Assembly (NCBI GenBank): GCA_036751905.1
Contig: DAIOTP010000001.1
Location: 1,014 to 65,013 of the forward strand
DNA: 64,000 bases
From: Cryomorphaceae bacterium
GTDB taxonomy: Bacteria; Bacteroidota; Bacteroidia; Flavobacteriales_D; Cryomorphaceae
Reading direction: 5' to 3'
Part shown: positions 38,901-46,165 of the stretch, piece after piece
Numbering within the stretch: the first letter of the stretch is position 1
Layout of the letters: each line of letters starts with the position of its first letter
Position numbers and translations under genes: made by a program
The notes under the pieces: generated by a model
Database searches by the model: none
The model's input: only the letters and a program-made list of their open reading frames with translations
Told to the model about the DNA's origin: nothing

Positions 38901-39409
38901 TGGCCTTCCAAATGGATTTCGTAATCATCATGACCATGGTCGGCATCATATCGCTCGCCGGAATTGTGGTGAACAATGCCATAGTACTCATTGACTATAC
39001 CAACCTGCTGCGCACCCGCCGCAAGGACGAACTCAATATGGACATAGAAGATAAACTGCCCTTTGAGGAAACCGTTTACGCCATCATCGAAGGGGGCCGC
39101 ACACGCCTCAGGCCGGTATTGCTTACGGCCATCACCACCATACTCGGGCTGGTTCCTCTGGCCATCGGTCTCAATATTAACTTTTTCACGCTGCTAAGCC
39201 ATTTTGATCCGCAGATATATGTGGGTGGTGACAATGTGATATTCTGGGGACCAATGTCATGGACCATCATTTTCGGTTTGAGTTTCGCTACATTCCTCAC
39301 GCTGATCATTGTGCCCGTAATGTACCTTATCCTGGCCAAACTCAAGTACAGGGCAGTATACAAGCAAGACGTGAAGTATACCATCGAAAAGGATCGCTTG
39401 ATGGCCTAA
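35906..39409 (+). CDS. RND efflux permease (AcrB-family), unusually long at 1167 aa
   Basis: 12+ TM helices with two large periplasmic loops; AcrB-type motifs (GLVLALGMLVDNGIVVVENV; C-terminal half equivalent). Confidence 0.9.
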   Translation: MAPRLLNPGDKGYKEFGLSSLSVNNRTTVFVLAVIILLGGLAAYNSMAKENFPDIVTPEIYVGTPYPGNSPLDIEKLITRPFEKELNTITGVDEINSTSIQGYSTIQVKFKFDVSPEEALRKVKDKIDIAKSDNDFPKDLPADPNIFELNISELVPILNINLSGDYAIDQLKQYAEYLEDEIEKLPEITAVDIRGVMDKEVAVNLNIHAMEAMEINFDDVSNAISAENVTISGGDLLVDGFRRNVRVLGEFSNTKEIEDIIVKRENQEVVYLRDIAQVEFGEKEKESYARAYRKPVVMLDVKKRAGENLIEAAQKINVIVADAQLNLFPNDLVVSITNDTSDQTKTQVDELENSIIFGVLLVVGVLLFFLGLRNAIFVGIAIPLSMLMSFLILSALGVTLNVIVLFGLVLALGMLVDNGIVVVENVYRLMEQGYSPLTATKLGVGEVAIPIIASTATTLAAFLPLAFWPGIVGEFMFYLPITLIIVLGSSLFVALVINPVLISIYMKVGEENISERRMLRNSLIFIGIGLLLIFLGLQSDIRTVVSFGSLSVFIGISGFLNVFLLRPGSRLLQDKWLPALERFYQRFLAYALTGKRPYGFLGGTVLLLFASLVLFGLFPPQVIFFPINEPQYINVFIENPIGTDIEETNRVTEAMEERVLEVLDKYFDKEAGGYESFLIKSVIAQVGEGASDPAQGPSMGNTPHKARITVQFSKFQDRQGIRSTDVLEEVRSALRGYPGTRITVSKNEDGPPQGLPVNIEIRGDDYDKVMADAEGFRNFINEKGIAGIEELKLDVELGKPEMPIIIDRNKARRLSLSTYQIGDALRTALFGKEVSTFKDGEDDYPINIRLMKEFRDNEDALMNMRLTFRDAATGKIKQVPISSVAEARKSSTFSAVKRRDLDRTVTISSNVLSGYNANEVVEKIKGIVQDYDFEAGNELRFTGQQEEQAEEFAFLSTALALALFMIILIITAQFNSISTPFIIAFAVVFSLIGVFLGLVAFQMDFVIIMTMVGIISLAGIVVNNAIVLIDYTNLLRTRRKDELNMDIEDKLPFEETVYAIIEGGRTRLRPVLLTAITTILGLVPLAIGLNINFFTLLSHFDPQIYVGGDNVIFWGPMSWTIIFGLSFATFLTLIIVPVMYLILAKLKYRAVYKQDVKYTIEKDRLMA

Positions 39410-39707
39410 GGTTTGTGCTGTAGAATTCCCACCGTACCTGACCGTTTGGAGCGTGCTGCATGCCTCATGCTATGCAGAGGCAACGATGGCCGCTTACCTG
39501 CGCAGTCACGTGCTCAATCCGGTTTGTACATTGTGTTTTGCTAAAAGCCTGAGTTCGATTATTTGAACATTCAGATGCCCATAAATGAGGCGTGCAAAAA
39601 ATCTAAAGGAGCCAAGATCGGCCTTGATATGTCGCTTATTATCGCAGCTATGGATCCCAAGAATAGACGAACTCAGGTGAAAGGCCTTTACGGCAAATGG
39701 AGAGGGA

Positions 39708-40424
39708 TTATGCCGCCTCCTCCCATCCAAAGAGGTCGAGCAAATGCCCGCGAAGCTTATCCTTCACTTCTTGCAGTGGAACAGTATAGCCAAGTTCAGC
39801 TGCCAGTGAAGTCACGGCTTTGTCGTCGATACCACAGGGTATGATGTGTCCGAAGTACCCAAGGTCCGTGTTGACATTGAAAGCAAAGCCGTGCATGGTC
39901 ACCCAGCGGCTGCACTTTACACCGAGCGCACATATTTTTCGCGCAAGCAGCTCATTTTCGTAATCTATCCACACACCCGTGAGGCCATCTATGCGGCCGG
40001 CACTGATGCCATATCCCGCAAGGGTCAGTATCACAGCCTCTTCAAGTGTGCGCAAGTACAGGTGTATATCGGTGAAAAATTGGTCGAGGTCGAGCAAGGG
40101 GTAGCCCACCAGCTGCCCTGGTCCGTGAAAGGTGATATCGCCGCCTCGGTTTATCTTGTAGTAGTCTATCCCTCTTTGGGCAAGCCCGGCCTCATCGAGC
40201 AAGAGGTTCTCCTGTTTGCCGCTTTTGCCGAGGGTGTACACCGGTGGGTGTTCTACAAACAAGAGCCGGTTGAGGGTAAATTGTTTTGAATTTTCCGCTT
40301 TTCGCAGGGCTATTTTGTCATTGACTGCTTCCGCAAATAAGCGCTCTTGCAGGTCCCATGCTTCTTTGTAGCGCAGGGCACCCAAATCGATAAATTTTAA
40401 TTGCCTGCTGCGGTCAGTGATCAC
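39708..40424 (-). CDS. lipB: lipoyl(octanoyl) transferase
   Basis: RGGDITFHGPGQLVGYP and KICALGV motifs; GTG start overlaps the upstream stop. Confidence 0.85.
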   Translation of the reverse strand: MITDRSRQLKFIDLGALRYKEAWDLQERLFAEAVNDKIALRKAENSKQFTLNRLLFVEHPPVYTLGKSGKQENLLLDEAGLAQRGIDYYKINRGGDITFHGPGQLVGYPLLDLDQFFTDIHLYLRTLEEAVILTLAGYGISAGRIDGLTGVWIDYENELLARKICALGVKCSRWVTMHGFAFNVNTDLGYFGHIIPCGIDDKAVTSLAAELGYTVPLQEVKDKLRGHLLDLFGWEEAA

Positions 40425-41431
40425 CCTTTTGCAAGTTCGGCTTTGAAGTAGTCAATCACTGCAATTTCGATGGGATCCACACCGCGGTCTACGGCCATGT
40501 AGAATGAAATCCAGTCGCCAAGGTAAATCAGCGAGTAGGCGCGCTCAATCCGGCTGCCGCCCCGTGGCTTGAGCTCAACGATTTTGTCGGTGTACCTTCC
40601 GATAATTTCCTTGCTCAGCTCCATACGGCGCGCTGTTCCGGAATGCTCCTCGGGATTGCGCATCATCAATACGCTGTAGGCATCGCTGCCCCCGGCCCAG
40701 GCTACAAGTTCATTGTGGTTCATTTCCGGAAGGGCATGGTGCCAACACAACATTTTGGCATTTTCATTGATTTGCTGGCGCAGGCGCACAGCCACTCCCT
40801 CCATCCATGTATCGGCGTACACGATAGGAATCGTACCATGTATTTTGTTGGCAATGGCTGCTGCTTCGGCGCGTATGCTGCCCATCTCCTCTTGGAGCAA
40901 TGTGGCCGCTTTCGCCAAATGGGCCTTAAAGCCGCCATCGATCAGTCCGTAGGCATGAAGTATGAATAGCTGTTGCAATGCATTGTATCCAAAACTTGTA
41001 CGGGGTGGTTGTCCACCTGGAATCACAATGCAGTTGAAGCCATGCAAGCCCGCTATGGCCTTCACCTGCCCACCCGAGGTGATGCAGGCTACCTGTGCCC
41101 CTCTGGCAATGGCGTACTCCAGCGTGCTCAAGGTTTCCTCAGTATTGCCGCTGTAGCTGCTCGCGATGAAAAGGGTGTCCGGGCCCACCCATGCTGGTAT
41201 GTCGTAGTCGTTCACCACCTGCATGGGTACTGCGCACTGGTCCCATACAAGCTGGCTCACAATTTTGCCCCCAATGCCTGAACCTCCCAATCCCGATACA
41301 AGCACATTCTTCACCGGTTTGGTTTTGAAAGTGCTGATGGCGCGCTCACCTATGTCGATGGCTTCATGCATATTTGCCGGAAGGCCTTCAATGAGGCGCT
41401 CCATTTCCTGGGTAGATTCTTGTATTGTCAT
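40421..41431 (-). CDS. bifunctional phosphoglucose/phosphomannose isomerase (SIS domain)
   Basis: SGLGGSGIGG and SYSGNTEE SIS motifs; ORF opens on TTG 41461, first ATG 41431. Confidence 0.75.
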   Translation of the reverse strand: MTIQESTQEMERLIEGLPANMHEAIDIGERAISTFKTKPVKNVLVSGLGGSGIGGKIVSQLVWDQCAVPMQVVNDYDIPAWVGPDTLFIASSYSGNTEETLSTLEYAIARGAQVACITSGGQVKAIAGLHGFNCIVIPGGQPPRTSFGYNALQQLFILHAYGLIDGGFKAHLAKAATLLQEEMGSIRAEAAAIANKIHGTIPIVYADTWMEGVAVRLRQQINENAKMLCWHHALPEMNHNELVAWAGGSDAYSVLMMRNPEEHSGTARRMELSKEIIGRYTDKIVELKPRGGSRIERAYSLIYLGDWISFYMAVDRGVDPIEIAVIDYFKAELAKG

Positions 41432-41578
41432 AGTAGCCTTGTTGTGTTGTGCTTTACGCAAAATGCTCTGCGAAGTTAATCCTTAGATATTTCAATGTCC
41501 ATGAAAGTACCGTGATGTGCATGTGATGTTTGGATGAATACCTTCGGACTCCGGATAAAATCCATGCGCGCAGCGCGC

Positions 41579-41875
41579 TCAGCCTTTGTTTTCGACCACC
41601 TTGGGCACCTTAAAATAATAGGCGTCATGGTGGGGGGCGTTTTGGAGGGCCTGCTTTTGGCTGAGTGATTCTGAGACCTCGTCGGTTCGGAACACATTCT
41701 TTTCAGGATTTACATGGATCAATGGCTCCACGCCTTCTGTATCAACTTCGTTGAGCTGCTCTACAAAGGCGAACATGCGGTCCAAATCCTTTCGAATCCC
41801 TTCTCGCTCAGCATCGTTAAATTCGAGGCGCGACAGCTTTGCGAGTTTATCAATCAATACATCATCGGTTATCAT
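41579..41875 (-). CDS. gatC: Asp/Glu-tRNA amidotransferase subunit C
   Basis: 98 aa; IDKLAKLSRLEF...E......L..M..FVEQLNEVDTEGVEP is the GatC pattern. Confidence 0.85.
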   Translation of the reverse strand: MITDDVLIDKLAKLSRLEFNDAEREGIRKDLDRMFAFVEQLNEVDTEGVEPLIHVNPEKNVFRTDEVSESLSQKQALQNAPHHDAYYFKVPKVVENKG

Positions 41876-41880
41876 AATTG

Positions 41881-41888
41881 CAAAAATA
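41881..41888 (-). promoter_or_regulatory. -7 box TATTTTTG immediately upstream of gatC
   Basis: exact TAnnTTTG match ending 5 nt before ATG 41875. Confidence 0.3.
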
Positions 41889-41947
41889 GCAATTACCCAA
41901 GCTATCAGAGGTATTGCTTACTTTGCTTCCGCAAAAATGATAGAACC

Positions 41948-42649
41948 ATGAGTACCCCCATTTGGCGCAAAGCCCTGGTATACAGCTTGTGCTTTGCAGC
42001 TGTAGCCTGCTCTACGCCTCCAGATGCGTCAAAATCAGATGGCCAAAAAATTCAAAATTCGAAGCCTGCGGCCCCAGTCTATGCTTCGGTCAGCATTGGT
42101 GAGCAGCAATGGATGGCAAAAAATCTCCATGTAAGCACCTTCCGCAATGGAGAATCTATACCCCAAGCCAACTCGCGTGAAGAGTTGGAACAAATGGGCG
42201 AAGCGCGCATGGCCGCCTGGTGTTACCCTGGCTTCGACCCTGCGCTGGGGGCCAAATATGGGCACTGCTACAACTGGCACGCCGTGAACGACCCGCGCGG
42301 ACTTGCCCCCGAGGGCTGGCGCATCCCCACCGCTACCGACTGGGATGCCCTTGCAACAACACAGGGTGGTGCTGACGTAGCGGGTGTTGCGCTCAAAAGC
42401 GGCACCGGCTGGTACGCCAATGCCAACGGCACCAACAGCAGCGGTTTCAATGCATTGCCCTCAGGCGCGGTGAGTGTCATCAATGGCTACATGGCTGAGA
42501 CCAAGGTGGCTGTGTTTTGGACCGCGAGTCCCGGAAATACTGGTCCAAGCTTCGCCCAATACCGCGTGCTGCATGCACCCCGCCGCGGGGTGTACGCTGA
42601 AGAAGATGTGAAATTCAACGCATTTCCTGTGCGGTGCATCCGGCCATAA
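41948..42649 (+). CDS. FISUMP-domain lipoprotein
   Basis: ORF trimmed to ATG 41948 (lipobox AAVACS); QQWMAKNL...YNW.A......LAPEGWRIPT..DW..L...GFNALPSG...FPVRCI are FISUMP hallmarks. Confidence 0.75.
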   Translation: MSTPIWRKALVYSLCFAAVACSTPPDASKSDGQKIQNSKPAAPVYASVSIGEQQWMAKNLHVSTFRNGESIPQANSREELEQMGEARMAAWCYPGFDPALGAKYGHCYNWHAVNDPRGLAPEGWRIPTATDWDALATTQGGADVAGVALKSGTGWYANANGTNSSGFNALPSGAVSVINGYMAETKVAVFWTASPGNTGPSFAQYRVLHAPRRGVYAEEDVKFNAFPVRCIRP

Positions 42650-42675
42650 TCAGGTCCGGCATCCCGTAGGTATGA

Positions 42676-43449
42676 TCACATGTCGTGTAGCGCGTACAGA
42701 ATGGGCTTGCTAGGGCTGGCATCATTCTCCAATGGAGCCATCCCCAACTGCAACAGATACAGCCCGTCAGGCACCTCATCGGGCACATAAATCATCTCGG
42801 TGATGGTACATCCGGCATCGCCGGGCTCAGCACTGTACCAAAATGCGCGGTGTGCGAGCAGCGCACCTCCATCTTCCTCTCTGTCAACAGAGGGCAGATC
42901 CGTGAGAAAGTGCCTTATCCCCATTTTGCGTAAGCCAAGCATGAATTCAGGATGAAAGTAACTTGGATTCGTATTGCTGTAGTTGCGGTGGAGCTTATCG
43001 CCGCTGTTGGGCAGGCTGCGTATTGCCACTGCCTCCACATCAGTAAGGCTTATCCCAGCCAAGGCTTCAGGGCCTATGATCCTGTCGCCGGGCTTCATGT
43101 GTGCCAGCTCAGGACCTTCGTAGGTTGTGGGTTCTATCGTAAGCAATCTGGCCATGTAGAGGCTTTGCTTCAATACCTTGTTTATGGATACGATCCCTTC
43201 ACTGATATGGCCCACACACTCGGTATGGGTACCGTGGCCATGCGGGTTGAACCATACACCGCGAAAATTCACTGCCCCGCCCTCGGCCACGCTGCCTGTA
43301 AATTGTGCATTTCGTACAGGCTCCAACATCATGCGGTCCACATACCAGGCACGTGGGCCATCGGGCTGCAGGGGTATGGAAATGTCAATCGGCTGGTCAA
43401 AACGCAGCTGATATGCCTTGCCCTTGTGTTGCAGTGAAGCCTGAATCAT
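42676..43449 (-). CDS. cyclase-family (arylformamidase-like) protein
   Basis: HGHGTHTECVGH resembles the HxGTHxDxPxH cyclase motif; 257 aa. Confidence 0.6.
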   Translation of the reverse strand: MIQASLQHKGKAYQLRFDQPIDISIPLQPDGPRAWYVDRMMLEPVRNAQFTGSVAEGGAVNFRGVWFNPHGHGTHTECVGHISEGIVSINKVLKQSLYMARLLTIEPTTYEGPELAHMKPGDRIIGPEALAGISLTDVEAVAIRSLPNSGDKLHRNYSNTNPSYFHPEFMLGLRKMGIRHFLTDLPSVDREEDGGALLAHRAFWYSAEPGDAGCTITEMIYVPDEVPDGLYLLQLGMAPLENDASPSKPILYALHDM

Positions 43450-44579
43450 GGCTCCAAAATAAACATTTCGGCGGCAATACCATCGGCCATGAAGAGGCCC
43501 CGGGTGGTAAGTTTGAGCTGGCTGGCCTCCCGTGCAGCAAGTCCATTGGCGGTAAGCCCGGAGAGGTAAACTCCGAAACGGTGCTCCATGTCAACGTTAA
43601 AGCGCTCGCGGGCAATGGAGAGATCAATACCACGTGCCATGCGCAGCCCTGTCATGATCCACTCATTGTAGCGGTCATAGGGGCCGGGCTCCTCTGCGGT
43701 CAGGGGAAGTAGGCCTTCCCTGATGCTGCGCAGGTAGGCAGCGTTGTTGGCCACATTCCAGCTGCGGCGACCCCCTGTAAGGCTATGGGCTGAGGGTCCT
43801 GCACCCATAAAGGGCTTGCCCTCCCAGTACGCGCTGTTGTGGCGGGAGTGGAATCCTGCTTTGGCAAAATTGCTCACCTCGTACTGCGCAAAGCCCGCAG
43901 CAGCCAAGAGCTCCACCATCATGCGAAACTGAGTAGCCGCTGCTTCTTCATCCACCGGCTGCTCGGTTCCCTTTTTCACGCGGTGGCCCAGTACGGTTTT
44001 GGGTTCTACGGTGAGGCAATACGCCGATACGTGCTCCACATCCAGCATTATGGCCTGTTCAAGAGCGGCTTTCCACGCAACAGCATCCAGTCCGGGCAAA
44101 CCATATATGAGGTCAATGCTGATGTTCTTAAACCCTGCTGCCCGCGCATCGCGTATACAGTCCGTGCTTTGGCTTACCGTGTGGCTGCGGTTCATCCATT
44201 GCAGCATCTGCTCATCAAATGTTTGAATTCCTATGCTCAACCTGTTGGCACCCCAGCTCAGGAGGGATTCGAGCTTGGCCGGATGCAGGTCGTCGGGGTT
44301 GGCCTCTACGGTGCATTCAGCATTGTCCACCACCACATAATGTGATTCAACAGCCGCACGGATTGTGCCGAGCTGCGCTGCATTCATCAGGCTGGGAGTA
44401 CCCCCACCCAGATACAGGCTTTCTATTGCCTCACCTTTCAGCTCCCCATTCCTCATTTCGAGCTCTTTGGCAATGGCCCCCGCCATCGGCTCCATGTGCT
44501 GGGTTGAAGTGCTGAAGTGAAAGTCACAGTAGTGGCAGGCCTTTCGGCAAAAGGGTATATGGACGTAAATGCCTGCCAT
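43446..44579 (-). CDS. hemW: radical SAM heme chaperone HemW
   Basis: YVHIPFCRKACHYCDF (CxxxCxxC) and HemW-like length; ATGA-type overlaps at both ends. Confidence 0.85.
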   Translation of the reverse strand: MAGIYVHIPFCRKACHYCDFHFSTSTQHMEPMAGAIAKELEMRNGELKGEAIESLYLGGGTPSLMNAAQLGTIRAAVESHYVVVDNAECTVEANPDDLHPAKLESLLSWGANRLSIGIQTFDEQMLQWMNRSHTVSQSTDCIRDARAAGFKNISIDLIYGLPGLDAVAWKAALEQAIMLDVEHVSAYCLTVEPKTVLGHRVKKGTEQPVDEEAAATQFRMMVELLAAAGFAQYEVSNFAKAGFHSRHNSAYWEGKPFMGAGPSAHSLTGGRRSWNVANNAAYLRSIREGLLPLTAEEPGPYDRYNEWIMTGLRMARGIDLSIARERFNVDMEHRFGVYLSGLTANGLAAREASQLKLTTRGLFMADGIAAEMFILEP

Positions 44580-46090
44580 CAGGCTTTGGTTTTTAGCACA
44601 ATACGAAAGGTGGTGCCTTTGTCGGGCTCGCTGCGCTTTACGAATATGCGTCCATTGTGGTAATTGTCAATGATGCGCTTTGCCAGGGAAAGTCCAAGAC
44701 CCCAGCCCCGTCTTTTTGTGGTGAATCCAGGCTGGAAAACTGCCTTGTGCTTGGCCGATGGAATTCCTTTGCCTGTGTCGCTTATGTCGATGTACACATT
44801 TTGGATTTCATGGTATACATCGATGGTGATATCGCCTTGGCCCTCCATGGCATCCACCGCGTTTTTGAATAGGTTCTCGATCACCCATCCGAAGAGGGCT
44901 TCATTGACCATGGCCTTCACTTCCGTCTTGCCGTGGGTGTTGATGTGAAACGATACCTTGCTCGATAGCCGTGGCTTTAGGTAGGCGATGGCCCTGTTGA
45001 GTAAGCCCGTAACATCTGTAGGCTTCAATTCGGGGTTGGAGCCAATTTTTGAAAAGCGATCGGTGATGGTTTCAAGCCGCTCTACATCCTTATTGAGTTT
45101 CTCTATGGTTTTGGGATCGGTGCCTTTTGCCTCGAGCAATTGCACCCATGCCATGAGGCTGCTGAGTGGCGTGCCCAATTGGTGTGCGGTTTCCTTGGCC
45201 ATTCCTATCCATACCTGATTCTGCTCAGCCCGCCTGAATGTGCTGAAAATAAGGTAGGCGATAAACAAAAACAATCCAATGATGAGCAGCTGCACATAGG
45301 GGTAATAGCGCAGCGTGGTGAGGATAATGGACTCGGAGTAGTAGATGTAATTGGTCACTTGGTTGCCAAAGCGTACCTCAATGGGTTCATTCGTTGAGGC
45401 GAAGGCCTCCAGTTTGGCGCGCAGTGCAAGGCTATCAGTGAGTATAAGTGTATCCACATTGGTGGCGAGCAGTACCTGCGTGCGGCTCGAGTCCGTAAAA
45501 ATCACGGGCACAGAACCCGAGTTCATCACCGTTTCGCTGATAAAGGAGTTGATCAAATCATCGAGGGTATGCTCAAGCTCAGTGATGATCCGGGAGTCTT
45601 CGTAATATACTTTTTGCCTAATCCCGGCGAAACTGATGCGGATGGGCCGGTATTGGCTCCCCATTTTGGCGATAAGGCTGTCCACCTGCACTTTCGTGAC
45701 TATCTTAGAGGAGTCGATGTTGCGGTCAAATTGCCGCTGGTCTTTTTCATCGACGATGAGCACCGGAATCGTCTTGTTGTTCACAATGATGTCTTGCAGG
45801 AAGAGCAACTCATTGTTGTCATCGGCAATGACCATACGGGCGGTGGCCTGGGCCAGGAGGTTTACCTTTCCACGCTCTTCCTCGCGCAGGTCAGCAAAAA
45901 GCTTCTCGGTGTAATTGATCAGGCTGAGGCGTTTCTTCACTGCCTCCGACCACAACTCTACCCTTTCGCGCTCCTCTTCGCGTATTTTATTGACAATAAA
46001 GCTCGAGTACCACAGTGAAGCACCTACAATGAGCACTGCGAGGAACAGCAGCAGTATTTTAAATCTTTGCTTGCGCGAATAGAGGTTCAT
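44579..46090 (-). CDS. membrane sensor histidine kinase
   Basis: two TM helices flanking a ~230-aa extracytoplasmic region; H-box AHQLGTPLSSL; N, G1 and G2 boxes (NAVDAM, DTGKGI, GWGLGL). Confidence 0.8.
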   Translation of the reverse strand: MNLYSRKQRFKILLLFLAVLIVGASLWYSSFIVNKIREEERERVELWSEAVKKRLSLINYTEKLFADLREEERGKVNLLAQATARMVIADDNNELLFLQDIIVNNKTIPVLIVDEKDQRQFDRNIDSSKIVTKVQVDSLIAKMGSQYRPIRISFAGIRQKVYYEDSRIITELEHTLDDLINSFISETVMNSGSVPVIFTDSSRTQVLLATNVDTLILTDSLALRAKLEAFASTNEPIEVRFGNQVTNYIYYSESIILTTLRYYPYVQLLIIGLFLFIAYLIFSTFRRAEQNQVWIGMAKETAHQLGTPLSSLMAWVQLLEAKGTDPKTIEKLNKDVERLETITDRFSKIGSNPELKPTDVTGLLNRAIAYLKPRLSSKVSFHINTHGKTEVKAMVNEALFGWVIENLFKNAVDAMEGQGDITIDVYHEIQNVYIDISDTGKGIPSAKHKAVFQPGFTTKRRGWGLGLSLAKRIIDNYHNGRIFVKRSEPDKGTTFRIVLKTKA

Positions 46091-46137
46091 CGGCTGTTAG
46101 GGCTCGCTGTCCACAGTGAAGCATCCATTGAGCATGC

Positions 46138-46145
46138 CAAAAGTA
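46138..46145 (-). promoter_or_regulatory. -7 box TACTTTTG upstream of the sensor kinase gene
   Basis: exact TAnnTTTG match 48 nt upstream of ATG 46090. Confidence 0.35.
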
Positions 46146-46165
46146 CGACCTCTTGGGCGTATGTG

